Source: an uncultured bacterium (GTDB lineage: Bacteria; Planctomycetota; UBA1135; GCA-002686595). Taken from it: a DNA stretch of 64,000 nucleotides. The position numbers and the translations under genes are program-made. The notes under the pieces are model-generated. The model did not search any database. It saw only the letters and a list, made by a program, of their open reading frames with translations, and was not told the origin of the DNA. Positions 10,845 through 20,484 of this stretch are shown here, one piece after another. Numbering within the stretch: position 1 is the stretch's first letter; the number at the start of each line of letters is the position of its first letter. Location of the stretch: NCBI GenBank assembly GCA_943787795.1, contig CALSNU010000006.1:128001-192000 (forward strand). Reading direction: 5' to 3'.

Positions 10845-11771
10845 ATGAGCTTGCCCAGCACCAATGACGGCCCCCGCCCGCGTGAGGCTGGCGGGACTTC
10901 GGGTCTGACCTCCGTGAGCCTTGATGTGGACCGGGAGTGGTTTCCCTACCGGGTGCTCCTCTTCTGTGTCCTCGCGGAGATCGCGATCTTCGCCCTGGAC
11001 TACCTGGTGAACTACGGGCGTGCCTCCGATATCAGCGATGTCCGCAAGATGTTCTCGACCACCTCCGAGGAGGGGCTCGGGTCCTACTTCGCGGTGTCGC
11101 AGACCCTGCTTGTCGCGTGCACCCTGGGCGCCGTCACTTACGTGAAGCGTGCCAGCGGGGCCTCGCGCTGGGTCTGGGGAGGGTGGTTGGTCCTCGCGCT
11201 CTTCTTCGCGTACATGTCGGTGGACGACGGCGTCAAGATCCACGAGCGCATGGGGACGGTCTACAAGGTCGTTCGTGAGCGCTCCAACCTGCCCGTTAGC
11301 GAGTACCCGAGCTACTTCTGGCAGATCCTGTTCCTGCCGTTCTTCGGGGCGATGGGGCTGTTCATGCTCGGCTTCCTCTGGGTGCAGCTGGGCGACCGGC
11401 GCTCTCGGATCATGCTGCTGCTTGCGCTGACCCTCTTGGTTCTGGCGGTGGGCCTCGACTTTGTCGAAGGCCTCTCCAAGGACCACCCGGCGAACCTGTA
11501 CTCCCTGATCCTGGACCGCTGGGACCTCGAGGAGTACACGCGCGGCCGCTTCAAGCGCTCCGCGTTCGACACCCTGCGGCACTTCTCCAAGTCGATCGAG
11601 GAGATCTTCATGGAGGCCCTGGCCAACTCTCTCCTCTGGTACATCGTGCTCCGACACCTCGTATGCAGCTGGTCGGAGATCCGGGTGCGCTTCGTCGACG
11701 GTGCGGCGCCCGCGGTGGTGCCTTCGGCGCCCGCGAACGAGGGGGATGCCAAGGTATCCTCAGACGCCTGA
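10845..11771 (+). CDS. Multi-pass membrane protein of unknown function
   Basis: About 6-7 hydrophobic helices; DDxxxIHE and EExxxE motifs; strong GC3 codon bias. Confidence 0.75.
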   Translation: MSLPSTNDGPRPREAGGTSGLTSVSLDVDREWFPYRVLLFCVLAEIAIFALDYLVNYGRASDISDVRKMFSTTSEEGLGSYFAVSQTLLVACTLGAVTYVKRASGASRWVWGGWLVLALFFAYMSVDDGVKIHERMGTVYKVVRERSNLPVSEYPSYFWQILFLPFFGAMGLFMLGFLWVQLGDRRSRIMLLLALTLLVLAVGLDFVEGLSKDHPANLYSLILDRWDLEEYTRGRFKRSAFDTLRHFSKSIEEIFMEALANSLLWYIVLRHLVCSWSEIRVRFVDGAAPAVVPSAPANEGDAKVSSDA

Positions 11772-11977
11772 CGGGGTGGACGCGGCCCCGTTGGCTGGTC
11801 TCGGACCGCCGGGCAGAGCCCCGTTCGCGCGGTCAAGCCAGGACGATCACGCCCCCTCTTGGCGGCGGAAGGGCCCCGCAGATGGCTGCCAGCCGCCACG
11901 GGGGGCCCCCTGGCCATGGGAGCTCGGGTTCCAGCCCGGGACGGCATCCGCGGGAGACGGGCAGCGAATACTGAGGC

Positions 11978-12964
11978 ATGTACGCCAGTGTCCCCGCGCT
12001 CCTCGCGCTTGCCTTCTCTTGCCTTCCGCCGACGACGATGCTCCGCCCCGATGAGAGTCCCGGGCCGCTCCCGCCCCTGGGAGCGCAAGTCCTGACGTCG
12101 TTCGAGGACAATGATTGGGGCTGGTATCGCGTGCTCGACGGGGTCATGGGGGGGCGCTCCTCGGGGCGCTTCGAGCTCCGGGAGGGGCGGTTGGAATTCA
12201 GGGGGGTCCTGAACACCAATGGCGGCGGCTTCGCCTCGGTTCGGTCCCGCGCGCGAAGCGTCTCGCTCCGGGGTCAGGAGGGCCTCCGGTTGAGGCTGCG
12301 CGGCGACGGTCGCCGCTACAGTATTCGCCTCAGCCAGAGCGGGTTGCGGAGCGGCGTGACCTATCGAGCGGACGTCGAGACGGTGCCCTCCGCGGCCTCC
12401 GATGCGGTGAAGCTGGGCCCCTGGCAAACGGTGTGGCTCCCCTTCGCGAGCTTCGAACCCCAATGGAGGGGGCGGCAGCTGGACCTTCCCCCGCTTGACC
12501 TTGATCGCGTGGTGGGCCTTGGGCTCACGGTGGCCGATGGGGTCGATGGCCCCTTCAGGGTAGAGGTCGACGAGATCGCGGCATATCCGCCGTTCGATCT
12601 GGCGCAGCTCAAGGGCGAGCGCAGCGCGCTCGTGGTCATCGCTCCTGTGCCAGGCCACTCCGGCGCGGCGCGCTGGGCGTCGGCCTTCGAGCGAATGCAG
12701 GACGCGGCGCCAAAGGCGGACGTGGTCCTGGTCCGTGCGGCTGGAGAGGGCGACGCCATGGTCGAGGCGAGAGGGCTGAACCGGCGCGAGGTCAGGGCGC
12801 TGCGATCGGGCCTTGGGTGTGATCCGGGGACCTTCATGGTCCGCCTCGTGCGGATGGACGGGACGGTGGAGTCCGTTGACACGGAGTCGGTTGACCTCGC
12901 TCGCCTCTGGGCCGCCAGCGGATCGCCCGAGGGCGGCGCCGGGGCCGCGCAGGGGCCTCGCTGA
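11978..12964 (+). CDS. CIA30/NDUFAF1-family protein with signal peptide and a C-terminal DUF4174-like domain
   Basis: W..V.DGVMGGRS, NGGGFASVRS, RGDGRRY and WQTVWLPF motifs; C-terminal F...LV..DG. Confidence 0.85.
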   Translation: MYASVPALLALAFSCLPPTTMLRPDESPGPLPPLGAQVLTSFEDNDWGWYRVLDGVMGGRSSGRFELREGRLEFRGVLNTNGGGFASVRSRARSVSLRGQEGLRLRLRGDGRRYSIRLSQSGLRSGVTYRADVETVPSAASDAVKLGPWQTVWLPFASFEPQWRGRQLDLPPLDLDRVVGLGLTVADGVDGPFRVEVDEIAAYPPFDLAQLKGERSALVVIAPVPGHSGAARWASAFERMQDAAPKADVVLVRAAGEGDAMVEARGLNRREVRALRSGLGCDPGTFMVRLVRMDGTVESVDTESVDLARLWAASGSPEGGAGAAQGPR

Positions 12965-13079
12965 GGCCGTGGGACCCGAGCCTTGACGGCGTGAGGCACC
13001 CCGTTCGGCGGCGTGGGCAAGTGCCACCGGCCTTCCACCGGCAAGGGCCGGCCACGATGCACGGCGAGGGGGTCCGGTC

Positions 13080-13152
13080 GCTGGATCAGCCTTTGTGCTG
13101 GATAGGCCTCTGTGCTGGATAGGCCTCTGTGCTGGATCGGCCTCTGTGCTGG
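13080..13152. repeat. 17-bp tandem repeat, about 4 copies (GCCTCTGTGCTGGATAG)
   Basis: Direct reading. Confidence 0.88.
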
Positions 13153-13636
13153 GCCGGTCCCTGGACTCAGCCGGGCTTGAGTCGGGTTGGCCCATGAACA
13201 CGGCGGCGGATGGGCGGAGCCGGCGGCTGGCTCCGGCGAGAGCGCCCGTGGCACCATGGGGGACAGTCCTCTGCGATCCCGCGGGGGCCCCCGCTGTTCG
13301 TGCTGCGGCGTGGGTCGGCGCGCACACGGCAGCATCTCACGGCCCCGGTCGACCATCTCGGGGCCCAGCCTCTCGGAGTGGACGGTCTGGGTAGGCGTTG
13401 GCCGGAATCTGGACAGCCAGTGGCGGAAGCGGCCGCCGCCACCGGGGCCATCCGTCCTGTACAGCGGGCTGCTAGAATCTCTCTCCGAGCCCTGACACGC
13501 GGGCACCGTGCACCTCCTGGGAGGTTGTCCTTCAGCCCCCGCGCGGCTGTTCGCCCGAGCGCTGGCTCGGGACCGAGGCCCCATCTGGGGCTGCCGCGCA
13601 GCGCATGGATCGATCTGGCCTTGCGCGCCGCATACC

Positions 13637-14326
13637 ATGACCCTCGCTCCGCTCTCGCCGATCGTTCGAAGCCATCTGGCGCACTCGTACCCCCGGAATC
13701 ACGCCTACTTCATCGCGGGGGGGCGGCTGGTTCCGCGGTGGCGCCTGTGGCGACGCTACCGCCGCATCAGGGCGCTCTATCCCGTGGGCTTCAAGAGCCT
13801 CGTGGACCTCTCGGCGAGCAAGGGGTGGTTCTGCCTCCACGCGGCGCAGCGCCTCGAGGCGGAGCGCGTGCTCGGGATTGACCTGCACGAACCCGACCTG
13901 GCTGCGTGCCGTGAGGTGAGGGATCACCTCGGTCTCGAAGGCATGCGATTCGAGGATCTGCGCCTCCACGAGGTGCACTCGAGGCTCGACGAGTTCGGTG
14001 GACCGTTCGATGTCTCGCTCGTCATCAACCTGTACCACTACCTCTACTTCGGCAGCCGACGGGCGGAAGATCACTACGGGAGCCACGAGGAGATCTTCGA
14101 GATGCTGCGCGGGATCACGGGGAGGGCTCTGATCCTCAGCAACTGCACCGAGGTCGACCACCTGCCCCGACACATGCAGGTGCTTGCCCGCGAGCAGGGG
14201 CGCGCCAGCGACTACACCTCGCAGAGGATTTGGGACGCCGCGGAGCAGTGCTTCGACATCTCGGACCACGGCCGGCTTGGCAAGCGCCCCCTCTGGCGCC
14301 TGACCCCGAGGATTGGCGGCGCCTGA
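13637..14326 (+). CDS. Putative class I SAM-dependent methyltransferase
   Basis: Variant motif I (LVDLSASKGWF), RVLGID and PFDVSLVINLYHY. Confidence 0.65.
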   Translation: MTLAPLSPIVRSHLAHSYPRNHAYFIAGGRLVPRWRLWRRYRRIRALYPVGFKSLVDLSASKGWFCLHAAQRLEAERVLGIDLHEPDLAACREVRDHLGLEGMRFEDLRLHEVHSRLDEFGGPFDVSLVINLYHYLYFGSRRAEDHYGSHEEIFEMLRGITGRALILSNCTEVDHLPRHMQVLAREQGRASDYTSQRIWDAAEQCFDISDHGRLGKRPLWRLTPRIGGA

Positions 14327-14441
14327 CCCCGAAGATCGACGAGGCTTGACCCCGAAGGTCGATGGGGTCTGATGCCCAGCTTGAAGGAGTCTGATGCCCA
14401 GGCTTGGGGGAGTCTGACCCCCAAGCTCGAGAGCGCCTGAT
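14298..14441. repeat. 23-bp degenerate tandem array, 6+ units starting inside the 3' end of the upstream gene
   Basis: Units start at 14298, 14321, 14344, 14367, 14389, 14412 and 14435, each beginning GYYTGAY. Confidence 0.75.
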
Positions 14442-14618
14442 GGCCTGATCCTGACCGAGCGTGACGGACCGCCTCGCGCCTGGACCCGCAGAGAGGGAGC
14501 TGGCGCTGAGCGTTTGGCGCTGAGAGCGCGAGGGCTCGCGAAGCGCGTCGCCAGTGGGCAAGGCCGCGTCACACGGCCACGTGGACAGGCGGGGTAGGGT
14601 TCTGTTAGGGTGCCCGGC

Positions 14619-15878
14619 ATGGCCATGGACACCCACCAGAAGCTGAAGGTCCTCGCGGACGCCGCCAAGTACGACGCGTCCTGTGCGAGTAGCGGCGCCA
14701 AGCGCTCGAACAAGGGCAAGGGCCTCGGCAACGCCACCGGCTCCGGCATCTGCCACAGCTACACACCGGACGGCCGCTGCGTCTCGCTGCTGAAGATCCT
14801 CCTCACCAACCGGTGCATCTACGACTGCCGGTACTGCGTGAATCGCGTGTCCAACGACGTGCAGCGGGCGGCGTTCACGGTGGAGGAGGTGGTCCGCCTC
14901 ACCATCGAGTTCTATCGCAGGAACTACATCGAGGGACTCTTCCTCTCCTCCGGCGTGGTCGGTGATTCGGATCGCACGATGGATCTGCTCGCCGAAGTGG
15001 CGCGGCGGCTCCGGGAGGACGAGGAGTTCCACGGGTACATCCACCTCAAGGGTGTCGTGGGAGCCTCGGACGAGGCGCTGGCCAAGGCGGGCCGCCACGC
15101 GGACCGCATCAGCGCCAACGTCGAGCTGCCGGTGCAGGAAGACCTCAACAAGCTCGCCCCAGAGAAGTCGATCGAGGAGGCGGAGGGCGCCATGGGGTTC
15201 TTGAAGTCCGGCATCGACCGCTCCAAGGAGCGCGGCAGAAGGGCGCGGCCCCCGAGGTTCGCCCCGGCAGGTCAGAGCACGCAGATGATCGTCGGCGCCA
15301 CGGCGTCGACGGACTCGACGATCCTCGGGACGGCCAACCGCCTCTACGACACCTACCGGCTGCGGCGGGTGTACTACACGGCCTACAGTCCGATTCCCAA
15401 CGCCCACCAGGACCTCCCCGCGGAGACGCCTGAGCTCGTTCGCGAGCATCGGCTCTATCAGGCCGACTGGCTGCTTCGCTTCTACGAGTTCGGCATCGAG
15501 GAGGTCGTGACCCGCGACGATGGCAACCTCGACCTCGAGGTGGACCCGAAGATGGCCTGGGCGCTCGCCAACCGCGCGTTCTTCCCCGTGGACCTCAACT
15601 CGGCACCTCGCGAGGCGTTGCTCCGCGTCCCCGGGCTCGGGACGCGTTCGGTGGCGAAGATCCTCAAGGCGCGAACTCGGCGCCGACTGCGCGAGGCGGA
15701 TCTGCGCGAGCTCCGCGCTCCCGTGAAGCGGATCATGCCCTTCATCGTCGCGGCTGACTCCTGGAGCGCTGCGGCCAAGCGGCTGGATGCCCCCGGACTG
15801 CGCGCAGAGGTGAAGCCCCCGAGCCAGCAGCTCATGCTGTTCGAGGCCTCGACATCGGCCGCCACGGGACAGGTCTGA
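14619..15878 (+). CDS. Putative DNA modification/repair radical SAM protein (TIGR03916-type)
   Basis: AKYDASCASSG, GICHSYTPDGRC, CIYDCRYC, REHRLYQADWLLRFY and a C-terminal HhH (LLRVPGLG). Confidence 0.93.
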   Translation: MAMDTHQKLKVLADAAKYDASCASSGAKRSNKGKGLGNATGSGICHSYTPDGRCVSLLKILLTNRCIYDCRYCVNRVSNDVQRAAFTVEEVVRLTIEFYRRNYIEGLFLSSGVVGDSDRTMDLLAEVARRLREDEEFHGYIHLKGVVGASDEALAKAGRHADRISANVELPVQEDLNKLAPEKSIEEAEGAMGFLKSGIDRSKERGRRARPPRFAPAGQSTQMIVGATASTDSTILGTANRLYDTYRLRRVYYTAYSPIPNAHQDLPAETPELVREHRLYQADWLLRFYEFGIEEVVTRDDGNLDLEVDPKMAWALANRAFFPVDLNSAPREALLRVPGLGTRSVAKILKARTRRRLREADLRELRAPVKRIMPFIVAADSWSAAAKRLDAPGLRAEVKPPSQQLMLFEASTSAATGQV

Positions 15879-17617
15879 TGCCGCGCGTGATCCTCGACGG
15901 TACCGCAGATGCCTGGCGCGCCCATGCCCGGGCGCTCGCGGCGAGCGGCACGCCCCCGGACGAGATCGATTGGGTGGACCTGCTGCGAGGCGGCGCTTCC
16001 GACGCGACGCTCTTCGCCGCCCCGGAGGTCAGCCCGCTTCCTCCTCGACCGCACGTGGACCTGCCCGTCCCAAGGGCCTTCGGTGCGCGGGTGGGAACCG
16101 TGGCCTGTCATCGCTCCTCGGCGATCTGGCCGCTCCTCTACGGGCTCCTGGTTCGAATGATCGCGGGAGAGCGGCGCCTCCTCGACGACCCCCTCGATGC
16201 CGAGGTCGCGACCTTTGCGCGGCTGGAGAAGGCGGTTCGCCGAGACGCTCACAAGATGCACGCCTTCGTCCGCTTCCGTCGGGTCGAGGACCCCTTGGCC
16301 CGAAACGGCGAGCGCTTCATCGCCTGGTATGAGCCGTCGCACCTCATCGTCGAGCGCGAGGCGCCGTTTTTCAGGGAGCGCTTTCCGAGCATGGACTGGT
16401 CCATCCTGTCGCCGGATCGGTGCGCTCACTGGGACGGAGCACGCGTGACCTTCACGGAGGGCGTGACCCGGGAGCGGGCGCCCGACCACGATGAACTCGA
16501 GGAGATGTGGTGCTCCTACTACGCTTCAATCTTCAACCCGGCGCGGGTGAAGCTGAAGGCCATGGCGGCGGAGATGCCCCGTAAGTTCTGGTCGACGCTG
16601 CCCGAGACCGCGCAGCTCCCTGAGCTGCTTGAGGATGTCCCCAGGCGCCTTGAGGCCATGGCGAGGACCTCGAGGCGGATGGCGGACTCGGCGCACCCGT
16701 TCGTCCCGCCGGGCGCTGGGCTGGACGAGTTGCGCGCGGCGCTCCCGGGCTGTGAGGGATGCGAGCTCCACCGCGACTCGACCCGCCCGGTAATGGGTGA
16801 AGGACCGGCCGATGCGCGCGTGGTCCTGCTGGGCGAACAGCCTGGAGATGCCGAGGAGCGCCAGGGGCGCCCGTTCATCGGACCTGCGGGCGCGATCCTG
16901 CGAGAGGCCATGGCGCAGGCGTCCATGGGGGTGGAGGGCGTCTACTTGACCAATGCGGTGAAGCACTTCCGCCATGAGCTGGCTGCCCTTTCTCCCGGGG
17001 AGGAGGAGGCGCGGCAACAGGGAGCCCTCGCCGTCGACCCGGCATCGGAGGCCCCTGCTGAGCCTTCCGCTGAGCCTTCCGCTGGGCATTCCGCTGGGCA
17101 TTCCGCTGAGTCCCCTGCTGGACTCTTCGACGGAGTCCCCGCCAGGCTGCCTGCCGGGCCTGCGACTGCCCCCGACTCTGGCGTGGGGATTGGCACTGCC
17201 ACTGGAACCGGTACGGGGCGAGGTCGGCGACGGATCCACAAGCGTCCCACTGCCCAGCACGCATCGCGCTGCCAGCCCTGGCTTGACGCCGAGATGCAGG
17301 TCGTGCAGCCGGAGGTCCTGGTGACCCTCGGGGCCACAGCGATGCGCGCGGTCCACGGGCCAACGGCCCGACTGCCGGACCCGTTGTCATCGCCCGCAGC
17401 GGTGCCTTCTCGTTACGCCCGGATCACCCTGGCGACCTTCCACCCCGCCGCCATCTTGCGCGCGACGGACGGTGCTCGAAGGTCTGGGATGCTGGCGCAC
17501 CTGGTCGCGACCCTCCGCCGGGCCCGGGAGGACATCGGTGACCAGGAGCCCTCCGGGACGGCCATGAGGTCGGAGCATGGGGTGGCCGAGCTGGGAGGGC
17601 CGAGGAATGGGCGGTGA
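15878..17617 (+). CDS. udgX: TIGR03915/DUF4130 domain fused to UdgX-family uracil-DNA binding protein
   Basis: AVRRDAHKMHAFVRF, IFNPARVK and EMPRKFW; then CEGC, GEQPG, NAVKHF, RRIHK, CQPWL and HPAAIL; TGATG overlap with the radical SAM gene. Confidence 0.9.
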   Translation: MPRVILDGTADAWRAHARALAASGTPPDEIDWVDLLRGGASDATLFAAPEVSPLPPRPHVDLPVPRAFGARVGTVACHRSSAIWPLLYGLLVRMIAGERRLLDDPLDAEVATFARLEKAVRRDAHKMHAFVRFRRVEDPLARNGERFIAWYEPSHLIVEREAPFFRERFPSMDWSILSPDRCAHWDGARVTFTEGVTRERAPDHDELEEMWCSYYASIFNPARVKLKAMAAEMPRKFWSTLPETAQLPELLEDVPRRLEAMARTSRRMADSAHPFVPPGAGLDELRAALPGCEGCELHRDSTRPVMGEGPADARVVLLGEQPGDAEERQGRPFIGPAGAILREAMAQASMGVEGVYLTNAVKHFRHELAALSPGEEEARQQGALAVDPASEAPAEPSAEPSAGHSAGHSAESPAGLFDGVPARLPAGPATAPDSGVGIGTATGTGTGRGRRRIHKRPTAQHASRCQPWLDAEMQVVQPEVLVTLGATAMRAVHGPTARLPDPLSSPAAVPSRYARITLATFHPAAILRATDGARRSGMLAHLVATLRRAREDIGDQEPSGTAMRSEHGVAELGGPRNGR

Positions 17618-18144
17618 AGGGCGGTGAAGGGCGGGGACCGGACCTCCAGCCGGAGGGTTGCTGGCCCGGCGTGTGCGGTGACAACGCGACCTATGCAGGG
17701 AGGGGGCGGCGGCTGGCGAGAACCCCCGACGCCTGACTCGCGGCCGGGCCTCCTGCCTGGGTTCAGAGGTCTCGCCCCATGGCCCGAGAGGGGAGCATGG
17801 ATCCCTTCTGGGCTCGAGCGATCAGGGTGGCTTGATGCACCACCGTTCGAGGGCGAGGCCCCAGGTGGCATACACTTTGGGGCCGGGTCGTCGCACCGGT
17901 CTGGATCTGTCATCGCCATGAAGCGCTTCCTCTCTCTTCCAAGCACGGTGATCCGCGGCGTCCTCGCTCCACCGATGTCCAGCGGGCGCCCCCAGGGTTC
18001 TCACGCCTCGCAGGTGCTGGTCGCGTTCGGATGCAGAGGGGCCTCGCTCCCGCGGCGCGCTGCGCCGAGTCAGGCCGCGGCGTTCGATCATGCCGTTCGG
18101 AGCTCGACCGCGGTGCTGACTCCCTCGAAGGGTCGGGTGGCGGC

Positions 18145-18555
18145 ATGAAGGTGCCGCCCAACGCTCCCTGTGCCTGCCACAGCGGGCAAAAGTACAAGCG
18201 ATGCTGCCGCCCCTACCACCGGGGGGCGCAGGTCGGACAGCCTGAGCTGCTGATGCGGGCCCGCTACGCGGCGTTCTCTTACGGGCTCGCCGCCTACGTC
18301 ATGCAGACCACTCATCCCTCCAGCCCGTCGATCGAGGCTGACCCTGCGGCGTGGGAGCGGTCGATCCTGGAGTTCGCACGGGACACCCGGTTCGCGGGCC
18401 TCGAGGTCGAGGCAGCGTCGGCGTCAGAGAACGAGGCCTCGGTGACCTTCCGCGCCATGCTGTGGCAGGGGGAGCGGGACGTGTCCTTCACCGAGCGGAG
18501 CCGGTTTCTGCGTGAAGGGGACCGCTGGCTCTATCACTCCGGAGTGGTCTCCTGA
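18145..18555 (+). CDS. ychJ: SEC-C motif YchJ-family protein
   Basis: PCACHSGQKYKRCC, LMRARY, ERSRF and WLY motifs. Confidence 0.88.
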   Translation: MKVPPNAPCACHSGQKYKRCCRPYHRGAQVGQPELLMRARYAAFSYGLAAYVMQTTHPSSPSIEADPAAWERSILEFARDTRFAGLEVEAASASENEASVTFRAMLWQGERDVSFTERSRFLREGDRWLYHSGVVS

Positions 18556-18739
18556 GGCCTCTGGCCTATCTGGTCGCCCGCGCACGGCCCCGAGGCCCTC
18601 ACGCGGATTGAAGGGCCGCACAGGAACGCGGCGGGGGGGGCGAGCGGGTGCGCCTTGAGTGCGCCCGCACACCGCGAGGAGCCCCTTCGCCATCCCCGTG
18701 TGGTTCAGCGCTGGATCACATCGGCATCGAGCTTGGTCC

Positions 18740-19939
18740 TCACCCCATGACCTTGAAGAGCTTGCTGGCAGCCAGCAGGGTCACGGTGACCACGACCGCC
18801 AGGGCCGCCACGTTTTGTGGGGCCCCGTTGCGATAGGCCTGGGGGACGACGCGACTGTTCGCGATGGCCACGAGCACCACCGCGATCACCGGGAGCAGCA
18901 GGGCGTTGGTCAACTGGGCGGTGACAATCAGCGCCAGGGGCCGAGACGCCACGAGCGCGAAGAAGGTCCCCGCCATCACGATCAGCAAGGCGACGGCCTT
19001 GAAGCTTCGACTCCCCGGCTCGGTCGACCAGCCCAGCGCCCCGCAAACGGCCCAGCTGGCCGCGATCGGGGCCGCGATGGCGGAGGTTAGCCCCGCGGCG
19101 AACAACCCGATGCCCACGGCGAGGGTTCCGCCGCCAGGGAAGTGGCCCTCGATCGCCCTCATCACGGCCGGGAGCGCATCCTCTGAGGTATCCGCGGGGA
19201 CGAGCGCGGCGGCCACGATCACGACCGCGACGGTGATCACGCCACCGATCGTGATCGCGAGCAGCGACTCCCTCCGGATCCCCTGGAGCGCCTCAGCCAC
19301 GGACTCGCCCCGCCAGCGTTGCCGCGCCGCCGTCGCGTGAAGGAAGAGGTTGTAGGGCACCACCGTGGTCCCGATGAGGGCCAGCACCAGGTTGAGGTTC
19401 TCGCCCGAGAAGCTCGGGAGCCAGCGCGTCGCTGGTTGTTCCCAGAGCAGAGGCGCGGCCATCCCGGCGAGCCCGGTGAAGAGCACCGCCATCAGGGCGA
19501 CCAAGGCGACCAGGAGGCGTTCCAGCCACCGGTATCGGTTGGCGAGGATCAGGGCCGAGGCCGCGGTCGCGGAACAAACGACCACGACCTCGAAGGGGAA
19601 CCCGACGGCGGCACCAAGGCCGATCCCCGCCCCGGAGAGGTTCCCCGACTGATACGCCGCGTTGCCCACGCCGATGGCGACCACGATCAGGAGGAGCAGC
19701 GGCGCGCCCCACCAGCGCTCGGCGCCGAAGTCACGGGTCAGGGCCGAGAGGTCGCGGTCCGTGGCCAGGGCGCTGCGCACCGCGAGCTCCTGAAGGATCA
19801 CCGTCGCGATGACGGAGAAGGCGATGGCCCAGACCAGGGTGACCCCCGTCTCCACGCCCGCGAGGCTCGCGGTCGTGATGGTCCCTGGCCCGATGAAGGC
19901 GGCTGCCACCATCGCTCCGGGGCCTAGTCGGAGCCGCAA
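18740..19939 (-). CDS. NRAMP-family transporter (non-DPGN subtype)
   Basis: GPGAMVAAAFIGPG, GNAAYQSGN and LIGTTVVPYNLFLH; about 11 TM helices; start TTG 19939 inferred. Confidence 0.85.
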   Translation of the reverse strand: MRLRLGPGAMVAAAFIGPGTITTASLAGVETGVTLVWAIAFSVIATVILQELAVRSALATDRDLSALTRDFGAERWWGAPLLLLIVVAIGVGNAAYQSGNLSGAGIGLGAAVGFPFEVVVVCSATAASALILANRYRWLERLLVALVALMAVLFTGLAGMAAPLLWEQPATRWLPSFSGENLNLVLALIGTTVVPYNLFLHATAARQRWRGESVAEALQGIRRESLLAITIGGVITVAVVIVAAALVPADTSEDALPAVMRAIEGHFPGGGTLAVGIGLFAAGLTSAIAAPIAASWAVCGALGWSTEPGSRSFKAVALLIVMAGTFFALVASRPLALIVTAQLTNALLLPVIAVVLVAIANSRVVPQAYRNGAPQNVAALAVVVTVTLLAASKLFKVMG

Positions 19940-20484
19940 GTGGATCCCCCGTCGGGCAGGGCGGTGAAGAGGTCCAAGCTGTGTGGTGGCTGGGGATGCC
20001 GGTGGAGGTGGAGGGAGCGTCCCCGTGCGGGTTGGCAGCGCCCTCGGGACATCCCTGAGGCTAGGGGAAGCCGATCGGAGGGACAAGGCGCCCGCGTGCG
20101 GAGTGCCCCTTGCAACGGCCCGGTACGACAGGCCGGGCATGACTGACCCGGCACGACAGACCCAGCGCTTGCCTGACAAGTGCAGGGTGTATGGCGCGTC
20201 AGCGACGCCAGCGTGGGTCAGACGGGGGGGGGGACGTGGGGTATTTGGAGCCATGGGGCGGGGCAGTGATGAGGGCCGCTGGCGATGGCGGTGGCTCACG
20301 GAGGCTCTGCCCCGTATGTGGTCGACCCTTCCCCCCGTTGGCTCCAGCGGCGTGCCCGAAGGCTAGAATGGCTGTCGACAACTCCCGACGGAGTCGTCCC
20401 TGGTGGCCTGAGGGTGCCCTCGAGGCCAACCCGGCGAACCCAAGTCCATGGCTCGACTCACCCCCCCTCCGTAAGGCGCCCTCC

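Noticed and set aside
11312..13638. Long minus-strand ORFs (671 aa and 425 aa) and similar antisense ORFs elsewhere, such as 37010..38692
   Set aside because: They are Arg/Pro/Ala-rich or antisense shadows of real genes, expected from stop-codon scarcity at high GC
14298..14441. Possible mini-CRISPR (conserved head, variable tail)
   Set aside because: The period is only 23 bp and the tails are related to each other, so they are not independent spacers
19940..20480. Mn-sensing yybP-ykoY riboswitch upstream of the NRAMP gene
   Set aside because: I could not find the characteristic conserved segments on the minus strand
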